IMG/VR virus record: IMGVR_UViG_3300048881_000246
Coordinates: 1-29,542 of that record
DNA from: a virus
Lineage: Duplodnaviria; Caudoviricetes
Direction: 5' to 3' (one strand)
Length of the DNA: 29,542 nucleotides
Shown here: piece by piece, positions 15,679-23,374 of the stretch
Layout of the letters: every line of letters starts with the position of its first letter
Position numbering within the stretch: position 1 is the first letter of the stretch
The notes under the pieces: model-generated
What the model saw: the letters and a program-made list of their open reading frames with translations, nothing else
What the model was told of the DNA's origin: nothing
Databases searched by the model: none
Translations under genes and position numbers: made by a program

Positions 15679-17969
15679 GATATTGAGCTAGGGTTATCCC
15701 CTCGGCCTTTTATAAATCGGCCTACATTTCCATTCGTGTAAATGTTGACGGTTGAGCCGTTTAAAGAAAGACAGCGGCCAGCTAACCCACCTTGAAATAC
15801 AACAGCTCCATTTGTACTTTCTCCGTCTTCGCCGGGGTTACCACCCTTTCCTGCTTGTCCGTGAGATCTGCCGCCTTCAGTCTTTTCACCAGGGAAACCG
15901 TCTGAATCACCAGCACCAGCGCTACCTGGCTTGTTTCCGGCGCCACCACTTCCGCCTATCACATGATTAAATTCGTACTCATCCTCACCCTGTTGATATT
16001 CAAATTCAGCACCGCCGCCGCCCGGTGCGAATAAATAGCCATCAGCATTGTATGAACCCGAACCGAAATCAGGAGTGGGGCCAGATAGGTATATATTTAT
16101 AGTTACGCCATTTGCCCCGCGTAGTGTATCGCCACCATTCCCGCTATTACCATTACCACCACGGCCAATGGCTGTACTGCCATTAAGAAAAACTAGATTT
16201 ATAGTTGAGCCAGAAGGAAATGAGCCAGCCGATATCGCCTGATTAAGCGTGTCTTGACCATAGAAAGGTAAGGAAAATATAAAGGTGAAGGTGTCTGCTG
16301 AAACTGGACCGCCGGCAATGGTGAAAAGATTGTTGTCGAACTCAGCGTTAACGGGCAAATCTGAGCCAGCAACACCGCCGATGTAAGGGTTATAGGTTAC
16401 TGCAGTAACTTTATAGTTGCGACCAACTGAACTAAGGGGCGCTATCTTCACAACCTGGGCCCGAACGCCAGTGTTAGGGTTGCCGTAGAAATCCTGATTT
16501 ACCGCTGATTCTATTTCAACTACATCACCCAGAGAAAAGTTAAGGTTCTTTTCTTCTACAGTTGAAATGATGCGTTGTGGCCTGTTGCTAAAGCGCTGGG
16601 CATAGCGAACCGTGGTTAATTCGGCGGTTTCTATATTGCTAAGCTTGTTACTTAGCACAATAGACTTGCCTAAATCTTTTACTTTTTCGGCATTGTAAAA
16701 ATACTCACCCTCTAGCGTTGCATCATAAGCCAAGCTAGAGCGCGCAAAGTTGGCATCATCATCACTTTCAGTAAGCTTTCGCTTGTCGTACTGAAGGAAA
16801 GCGCGTGAGTAATAAAGATCGGCGTCTTCGTCTACGCTGATATAGCCGTAATTAATTTCGATACCTTCACGCAATATTGCTGTGGTGGTATTCCATGGGC
16901 TCGTAGCCTTAATCACAATTTTACCCGTGGTTAAGTCGGTCCACATATCCAGCATTAACGTTGCACAAAACGCGTCTAAAAATTTAGTTGTGTCTTCGTG
17001 TTCGTAAATGATGGCATCGATTGAGCCTTTAAGGTTTGGTAACCATTCATCAAGTTCAGACTGAATAACAGATGCATTGTAGTTATCTGTGGTTAAGTCA
17101 GCGTCTTCAAACACTTTCACCAGCACATCATAAGGATCAGCGTTTACGAACTTTCTGCCGCGAAAAACTTCATCACCTGCTGAGTGCGTTGAAGGCTCAT
17201 TTTCAATAGTTCTTGAACCTAGCGTAATGGTGTTTGCGCGAACCACCGTGAGTGTTACTGATGATGAAGTGCCAGTGGCATCTGTTATCATCATCAAATC
17301 ACCGCTTACTACTGCAGTATAATCTGAGTACGGCGTCCAGTCGGCAATATCTGCATTCATGGTGATGGTAGTCTCACCTTCGGTGATATCACTTTGCAGC
17401 GTGCCGGTTACTATTTTAGGGAAGTCGCTGTTCTCATCATCGGCTTTATAAAGCACATCTTTGCAAGTGAAGGTCCACATATCGTTAGCGCTTTGCTTAA
17501 CATCTACTAGCATGTAGTGATGTGTGCGCTTCAGTGTAGAAGTGCGGCCATCGCTTTCATAATAACAAACGCGTAATGGCTTATTGGTTAGAACGTTTCG
17601 AGATTTAAGCTTACCGAAAAACGAGCCTTTATTTTTTATTGATGCGTTAGCGACTAACGCGGGGCTGCTTAAGTTTGGATCACCTGTGAAGTCGCGCATG
17701 CTTATTGTGCAAGTAGCTGTGCTGGCTACACCGTTACCCGATTTCAGCATGGGTGTAGTTTCACTCACGCGGTTAACGCACTTGTAAACATCAGACTCGC
17801 CGATGATTAACGAAGTATCTGTGAACTTGTGCGTTTTAGTAACAATCGTATGATTGTCTTGATCGGTGCAAGTGAGCGGTGTACCAAAGCCGGGGTTACC
17901 GTTAATTGTGCAAGCGCTCGTAACCTCTGGTAAATCCAGTTCAACAACGTAATAGTGAAATAGGCTCAT
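15675..17969 (-). CDS. Tail tip/hub (central fibre) protein with a glycine-rich C-terminal domain
   Basis: Second gene after the tape measure; LGDVVEI motif; GRGGNG...PGGGG...GGLAG C-terminus. Confidence 0.7.
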   Translation of the reverse strand: MSLFHYYVVELDLPEVTSACTINGNPGFGTPLTCTDQDNHTIVTKTHKFTDTSLIIGESDVYKCVNRVSETTPMLKSGNGVASTATCTISMRDFTGDPNLSSPALVANASIKNKGSFFGKLKSRNVLTNKPLRVCYYESDGRTSTLKRTHHYMLVDVKQSANDMWTFTCKDVLYKADDENSDFPKIVTGTLQSDITEGETTITMNADIADWTPYSDYTAVVSGDLMMITDATGTSSSVTLTVVRANTITLGSRTIENEPSTHSAGDEVFRGRKFVNADPYDVLVKVFEDADLTTDNYNASVIQSELDEWLPNLKGSIDAIIYEHEDTTKFLDAFCATLMLDMWTDLTTGKIVIKATSPWNTTTAILREGIEINYGYISVDEDADLYYSRAFLQYDKRKLTESDDDANFARSSLAYDATLEGEYFYNAEKVKDLGKSIVLSNKLSNIETAELTTVRYAQRFSNRPQRIISTVEEKNLNFSLGDVVEIESAVNQDFYGNPNTGVRAQVVKIAPLSSVGRNYKVTAVTYNPYIGGVAGSDLPVNAEFDNNLFTIAGGPVSADTFTFIFSLPFYGQDTLNQAISAGSFPSGSTINLVFLNGSTAIGRGGNGNSGNGGDTLRGANGVTINIYLSGPTPDFGSGSYNADGYLFAPGGGGAEFEYQQGEDEYEFNHVIGGSGGAGNKPGSAGAGDSDGFPGEKTEGGRSHGQAGKGGNPGEDGESTNGAVVFQGGLAGRCLSLNGSTVNIYTNGNVGRFIKGRGDNPSSIS

Positions 17970-18694
17970 GCAACAACCCTAAAAGCCAAAGACACATCTA
18001 CAAGGGTTGTAGTTTGTGAATGAGTAGATACTTTAGCGTTCGTAAGCTCAAACAAGGCGCACGACTCATCAGGCTTATTTTCTTCTTCATAATCCAGCTG
18101 GGAAAGAACGCCAGTTTCATGATATAGCGTAAAGATTTCTTGCAGTTCGGTTCGGGCCCAATCCTTATACATATTTCTAAATGTAAAGCTTAGTTTGGGC
18201 GCAATGGTTTCTTGAACTCGTTTAACAGGGAAACCCGCTTCATTGGCCGTAACCCGGTTAGTAATATTGCTACCCAAATAGTAAAGGCTTTGGCCTGCAT
18301 TCGTTCCCCAAGCTATGTGGCTAACTAAACCCGCTTGAATGTAGCTAATAACCTTTTGACCAGAACCAGAGAAGCCAATAGTTAAATCGCTCACAGTGGT
18401 AGCACCACCCAAATAAAACACTAAGTTTTTAATGGGGCGTGAAACCGTGAACGTCTTGTTTACAGTAGGGCTCGTTAGCGTTACAACAGTTCCAAGCGCT
18501 AGGTTTAAACCATGTAGCGCGATGTATTCACAACTACCAATCCCATCAACAGTGAATTCAAACGTTGAAGAATTGCTACTGGCCAAGCGCGAAAAGTCAG
18601 AATCTTGTAGGTTTGATAACGCACCACTACTAAGAGTGCCAGACTCGAGATTAATTGAGTTGTCAGCAATGATATTTGTTTTACTGATGATCAT
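17966..18694 (-). CDS. Putative distal tail protein
   Basis: Directly follows the tape measure; beta-rich, 242 aa; call is positional. Confidence 0.55.
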   Translation of the reverse strand: MIISKTNIIADNSINLESGTLSSGALSNLQDSDFSRLASSNSSTFEFTVDGIGSCEYIALHGLNLALGTVVTLTSPTVNKTFTVSRPIKNLVFYLGGATTVSDLTIGFSGSGQKVISYIQAGLVSHIAWGTNAGQSLYYLGSNITNRVTANEAGFPVKRVQETIAPKLSFTFRNMYKDWARTELQEIFTLYHETGVLSQLDYEEENKPDESCALFELTNAKVSTHSQTTTLVDVSLAFRVVA

Positions 18695-20784
18695 TAAATA
18701 CGTCTCTCGCTTTCTGCTTTTTTAACGTGGCGGCCTACGACTTCAACTGCTTCGTCACTGAATTCAATTACTAAGCGTTGGGTGGTAATGTCCTCGCCTG
18801 AAACATCAGTAATTGATGCGCCTTGATCGTTATAGTTTTCTTGGGGTTGCTCAGTTGGTTGAGAAGAAACGGGGGTAACGGTGCTATTCCCATCTGGAGT
18901 TGACGTCCAAATAGCAGCGATTTGCGCAACACCAGTTGCAGCAGTTAATGCTGCGCCAACATAATCCTGTTTGGCTAATGCCTTGGTTACACCTTCAGCG
19001 GTATTCATGCCGGCGTTAGCTGCAGATAATCCCTGCTGAATTTTATGTGCGGTTTTACTGTTATTACCCAAGCTTGTTAAAAGTTGAGTGCCCAAATCCA
19101 TTTGATTCTTAATTGATGACTCTGACCAGAAGTTTTCTAACTCTGACTTTTTCTTTTTGTCGTCTGAGTCTTTTTTGCTGAGTTCGCCCAGTTTAGTAAA
19201 GTAGTCTTCGTATGAGATAAGCTGATTATCGAGCTTATCGTTGAGCATCTCTAACTCTTCTTGGTTCTTTTCCTCTAACGCTTCAGGGTCTACTGACTCA
19301 GGCGAATAAGAAGCAATAATTTCTTTTAACTTAGCCTGGTACTCATCCTGCGAAATCAGCTTTTCATTAAGCAGTTCTTTTTGCGTTTCAGCTTCAGTTA
19401 CTGCAGCTTCAAGCTTTGCTTCTTCTTCGGTTTGGGCTAGTTCACGTGCTTGCGATAAATAGTCGGCTTCAATCGCCATTTTCATGGCGTTCTTTTCGTC
19501 TAACTTTTCTTTAGTGAGGTTTTTCTCATCCTCATACATGCTATCGAGAATAGCTAAGCGCGCCGTTTTTTGATCTTCAAGAAGTTGAAGTTCGCTTTTA
19601 TTTGCGTCTTCAACTGCTTTCAGTTCATTTAAAAGCTGTTCTTCCAGTTTGATAGAGTCGGCACCTGAAGTGCGCTCAGATTTTAAATTGCCTTTTTTGG
19701 ACTCTAAATCTAGCGCTCTCTGAGTAGCTTCGTTTTCTTCCTCAATGGCCTGCTTTCTGGCTTCCAATACGGGAAGTGTATCTTTAAGCTCTTTTAGGCG
19801 TTCTTTGTTGGCCTTACCCGAGCGGCCGTGATGCGTTAGGTTCTCGTAAGTCTCAACTTCTTCATTAAGCAGCTTTTGAAGCTTTTCGATTTCTTCTAAA
19901 GAGGTAACTTGTTCGGCTAATGAGTGCTCATCAATAATGCGGTCCAAGTCCATACCCGTTTGACGGGCAGCGAAGAATTCAGCTAGCGCTTGAGTAGCGG
20001 CATTAATAGCAGGCAGAAACGGGGCTATTGCGTTATTCAGGAAGTTAACGAACGCGCCTTGTGCTAGGTCTACGTTATTAGCTAGGGCGGCAAACTGAGC
20101 TCGTTCTTCTTCTGATAACTCTACGTTGATTGAATCGAACGTATCAGCCAAATCTTGTGCAGCTGCGCCGCCATCACGTAACAATGGAATAAGGGCAGTG
20201 CTATTTGAAGATATACCTTCTAGCGCAAAACTCATTTGCTGGGTGCTTTTTCCTGCAGCATCCATGCGGTTAACCATTTCTTGCAGTACATCTTGACCGC
20301 TCATGGTTTCGAATTCTAAGGCCAAGGCTCGGGCCTCTTTCGAGGTATAGCCCATAACATCAGCAAAGTCTTGGAAAGGACCAACGCCTGTAGCGAGAAA
20401 ATCACCCACCCTCTCTTGGGTGTCTTTCATAATATCGCCAAACTTTTCGCCACTAATTCCCACGGTACCGAAAACAAAAGAAAGGCGTTTAAATTCTTCA
20501 ACCGTTAACCCGGCAATGTTTGCCATGGTTTCAGTTTCTTGAATGGTTCGACCTTGCGCGGCAGCATAGGAAACTAAAGCAGACGTACCAGCTACTACGG
20601 CAGTGGTTACCGCGGCTACACCGGTAGCAACGGCAGACAACGGTGCTTTTAGGCTGTCCAAGTTACCCAGCATGCCATCAGATTCGCTTTTGAACTTCTT
20701 AACGCTGTCTTTGCCGCTTGATAGTTCTTCACGTAACGCTTTGGTATCTGCAGCAATTTCAAATAAGAACTTTTCTGTACTCAC
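18694..20784 (-). CDS. Tail tape measure protein
   Basis: Long Ala/Glu/Lys-rich helical protein after the chaperone genes; IAADTKALR N-terminus and hydrophobic Ala/Gly segments. Confidence 0.9.
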   Translation of the reverse strand: MSTEKFLFEIAADTKALREELSSGKDSVKKFKSESDGMLGNLDSLKAPLSAVATGVAAVTTAVVAGTSALVSYAAAQGRTIQETETMANIAGLTVEEFKRLSFVFGTVGISGEKFGDIMKDTQERVGDFLATGVGPFQDFADVMGYTSKEARALALEFETMSGQDVLQEMVNRMDAAGKSTQQMSFALEGISSNSTALIPLLRDGGAAAQDLADTFDSINVELSEEERAQFAALANNVDLAQGAFVNFLNNAIAPFLPAINAATQALAEFFAARQTGMDLDRIIDEHSLAEQVTSLEEIEKLQKLLNEEVETYENLTHHGRSGKANKERLKELKDTLPVLEARKQAIEEENEATQRALDLESKKGNLKSERTSGADSIKLEEQLLNELKAVEDANKSELQLLEDQKTARLAILDSMYEDEKNLTKEKLDEKNAMKMAIEADYLSQARELAQTEEEAKLEAAVTEAETQKELLNEKLISQDEYQAKLKEIIASYSPESVDPEALEEKNQEELEMLNDKLDNQLISYEDYFTKLGELSKKDSDDKKKKSELENFWSESSIKNQMDLGTQLLTSLGNNSKTAHKIQQGLSAANAGMNTAEGVTKALAKQDYVGAALTAATGVAQIAAIWTSTPDGNSTVTPVSSQPTEQPQENYNDQGASITDVSGEDITTQRLVIEFSDEAVEVVGRHVKKAESERRI

Positions 20785-21430
20785 TTAATTAAATACCTAT
20801 CATCACGAGCGCCATTTGCCCGGCGTTCTGCGTTAATCATCATTGAAACATCACCCGCGTTGGAGCTTTCGCCAAGGTTGAGAAGATGGTGTAATTCTGG
20901 GTAATCAAGTAACCAAGCTTCGGAAGGGGAAATTTTCAGCTTGGTAACAAGCTCTTTATAGAAGGCCCAATAATCAACGGTAAAAGGTTGAACCGAACTA
21001 GACTTTGGAAGCGCTATCCAGTTTGTTCCTTTTTTTTTATGTCGCTGACAGTGGCGCGGAACTCTTGATCTATCTTGTTGGCTACATCAAACAAAATAAG
21101 CGGCCATGGCTGAATGAAGTCGCTGTCTTCATCTTCAACTGGGCGCCAACCCACTCTAAACATGGCGTCTTGAATCTGCTCTAATTCAATAGAACTATCA
21201 CCTTGTTTCACTAACGCATGAAAAGCTTCTGAAGCTGTTTCAAAATCAACGCACTGGTAAAGAGCGCGCATTAGTGTAATGGTTGGTTTTGATTGATTTG
21301 TTATGTAGGTTTCAAGGAATGAAACCAGCGTAAACCAAAGATCTTTATTCGTTTTGGTTTTAAACTGGCGCATGGCGGCCAAGTTCATCTTAAACGGGTA
21401 CGTTTTATAACAGAGCCTGAGTTCCATCAA
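20781..21430 (-). CDS. Tail assembly chaperone GT via -1 frameshift (about 216 aa)
   Basis: ATA AAA AAA AAG at 21040-21029; the -1 frame (GTNWIALPKSS...LKISPSEAWLLDYPEL...RYLIK) is open to a TGA overlapping the tape-measure GTG. Confidence 0.85.
21014..21430 (-). CDS. Tail assembly chaperone G
   Basis: Between the tail tube and tape measure genes; ends just after a slippery A9G run. Confidence 0.8.
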   Translation of the reverse strand: MMELRLCYKTYPFKMNLAAMRQFKTKTNKDLWFTLVSFLETYITNQSKPTITLMRALYQCVDFETASEAFHALVKQGDSSIELEQIQDAMFRVGWRPVEDEDSDFIQPWPLILFDVANKIDQEFRATVSDIKKKEQTG

Positions 21431-21834
21431 ATATCCTCACCTACTGAGAGAATAGTGATTGAGCTTGTAACCTTGTCACCAACTGGCGCAGTATCAGAGG
21501 GGGCATTGGGTATGCCATTAAAACGAATCTGATCAGCAACTAATCCGGTGCCATAATCAAGCATGTACTCATCAATGTTACCCGCAAGGCTGGCAGCACG
21601 AAGCAACTTGTATTCAGCGTCATTGCTGTAAACAATGTTGGCGGTAATTGTGCGGCCTTTGGTTGATTGGTTGGCATCCATCAGCGTTACAAAGTCATTG
21701 TGTGACTTGTTAGTAATTTCGATGGGGGTGCCATTAAATGTTGATGTCAGTTCCAACTGACCCACTATTACCGCGTCTTCGGTGCCAGTGAAGCGGTAAA
21801 GCAAGCAGTTTGTACCGTTTGCTTCACCACTCAT
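21427..21834 (-). CDS. Tail tube protein paralogue 2
   Basis: GE.NGT, IVGQLE, FNGTPIEITNKSH and P.GDKVTSS shared with the adjacent gene. Confidence 0.82.
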   Translation of the reverse strand: MSGEANGTNCLLYRFTGTEDAVIVGQLELTSTFNGTPIEITNKSHNDFVTLMDANQSTKGRTITANIVYSNDAEYKLLRAASLAGNIDEYMLDYGTGLVADQIRFNGIPNAPSDTAPVGDKVTSSITILSVGEDI

Positions 21835-22238
21835 TATGATGCCGCCGTGTGTTGTACTTCGCCGCTAGAAAGGAACGTAAGCGAAGTGGAGACTTTATCA
21901 CCCATGGGCAACGCATCAGAAAGGCCATTAGGCACCATTTTGCAGGCAAACGCTTCACCCGTATCGCCGTAAACAATTGAGTAATCGGCCTGCGTGCCGG
22001 TTAGTGCATCAGCACGCACTTGCTTATAAGTAGCATCGCTGTTGTAAACCAGAGTGCCCGCAACTTGTAACTGCTTACCTGCTAATTCACCAGACAGTAA
22101 CGTTACCCAATCTTGGTGTGACTTGTTACTAATATCAATTGGCGTGCCATTGAAAGTTAACGTGCATTCCATCTGGCCAACAATGGTAGATGTGCCTTTT
22201 TTAATTAATACCTGAGTGCCGTTTAATTCACCAGCCAT
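21834..22238 (-). CDS. Major tail tube protein (paralogue 1)
   Basis: Position after the neck genes, AGGGG RBS; short siphophage tube pattern (IDISNK..W..LLSG...K...V.G). Confidence 0.85.
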   Translation of the reverse strand: MAGELNGTQVLIKKGTSTIVGQMECTLTFNGTPIDISNKSHQDWVTLLSGELAGKQLQVAGTLVYNSDATYKQVRADALTGTQADYSIVYGDTGEAFACKMVPNGLSDALPMGDKVSTSLTFLSSGEVQHTAAS

Positions 22239-22259
22239 TAGCGTTCCCCTTTTAGGTAT

Positions 22260-22288
22260 AAAAAAGCCCCGCTAAATAGCAGGGCTTT
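22260..22288 (-). terminator. Intrinsic terminator-like hairpin between the head/neck and tail genes
   Basis: Minus strand AAAGCCCTGCTA-TT-TAGCGGGGC followed by TTTTTT. Confidence 0.7.
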
Positions 22289-22306
22289 GAATGAGTTGAA
22301 AGTTTG

Positions 22307-22738
22307 TTAAGCGCTTGGGTTATCGTGCTGGCTGAAATATTCAACCATGAATTCCAATCGGGCTTTACAGGTGTAATCAACACCTTCGCCGTTGTATTCC
22401 GGTTCACCCATGTTTTGAAATGTAATTTTAAAAACGAAATCCAAATCAAGCTTCTGCATCTGCAAAACCTTCAGTTCGATTTGCTCTCGTATATCCAGTA
22501 CAGCTTCATATAAGCTATCTTTTCCAACGCGCACGCTTATATCTGTGTAAAGCGTTAGTTGGTGTTGGTACATTTCCTTTGTTAGTTCTTCGCGTGTGTC
22601 TGGGCCCATTAGAACAGTAACAAGTGGAAAGTCTTGTTCTGTATCAATATCGGTTTTCACAACATCAGCCACATACCCTTCTTTAAGAAAAAGTAAGTTC
22701 TCGTGAAATCGATTGATTATCTCTCTGGCTTTATGCAC
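22307..22738 (-). CDS. Tail terminator-like (lambda gpU-like) protein
   Basis: Acidic, 143 aa, immediately before the tail tube; FPLVTV and terminal F.VEY pattern. Confidence 0.65.
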   Translation of the reverse strand: MHKAREIINRFHENLLFLKEGYVADVVKTDIDTEQDFPLVTVLMGPDTREELTKEMYQHQLTLYTDISVRVGKDSLYEAVLDIREQIELKVLQMQKLDLDFVFKITFQNMGEPEYNGEGVDYTCKARLEFMVEYFSQHDNPSA

Positions 22739-23021
22739 GCTTTAGTTCCACTGTGTAATACTGATCAAGAGAGTTAACTCTCTGGCGGCGTCCTACAACA
22801 TAGTTTTCAGCCTCGTAAACTACGCTATCACCTGTCTTGATTACTTTTGAATACAAGAAGCTGAAACTGGCTAACAACTCACGCCTATAACCAGTTTCAT
22901 CGTCTGCTTCTTCATCGGTAATAATTGCTTTATATGGAACACCCACAACAAATACATCTTTACCAAATCGAGCAAGGCCCAACTCAGCAAGCCTTTCCTT
23001 TTTGTTGTGAATGTTACTCAT
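22731..23021 (-). CDS. Putative head-tail joining (stopper, gpFII-like) protein
   Basis: Position; IKTGDSVVY...YVV beta pattern. Confidence 0.55.
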   Translation of the reverse strand: MSNIHNKKERLAELGLARFGKDVFVVGVPYKAIITDEEADDETGYRRELLASFSFLYSKVIKTGDSVVYEAENYVVGRRQRVNSLDQYYTVELKRA

Positions 23022-23344
23022 TAAACTACTTGACCTGTAAACAACACATCAGCATTACCTGATGCGTCTTTAGCACTAACAAATGCACCAACTAGCGTGT
23101 TGCCTGATGCGGTAGTTGTTGCTGCACCAGCCGCCGTGATATATGCCTTTTCACCCTCTGTAGGCGTGCCTGATGTAGCAACGCTAAACACACCGCAACG
23201 ATGACCTTGAAAAGTATCACCCGCCGCTGCATCTGTAACCGGAACCACAACAACTGAACCAATTTTCACTGGCTTACCAGATTTAACACCGCCAGCTGGC
23301 GCTGTAAAACCAAGAACGTTACCTTCTTGAACGAAATTTTTCAT
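23021..23344 (-). CDS. DUF2190-like capsid cement/decoration protein
   Basis: MKNFVQEG...TAP.GGVKSG...GVF signature directly after the capsid gene. Confidence 0.85.
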   Translation of the reverse strand: MKNFVQEGNVLGFTAPAGGVKSGKPVKIGSVVVVPVTDAAAGDTFQGHRCGVFSVATSGTPTEGEKAYITAAGAATTTASGNTLVGAFVSAKDASGNADVLFTGQVV

Positions 23345-23374
23345 TTCATTAATCCTCTAACGAGAGGGGGCAGC

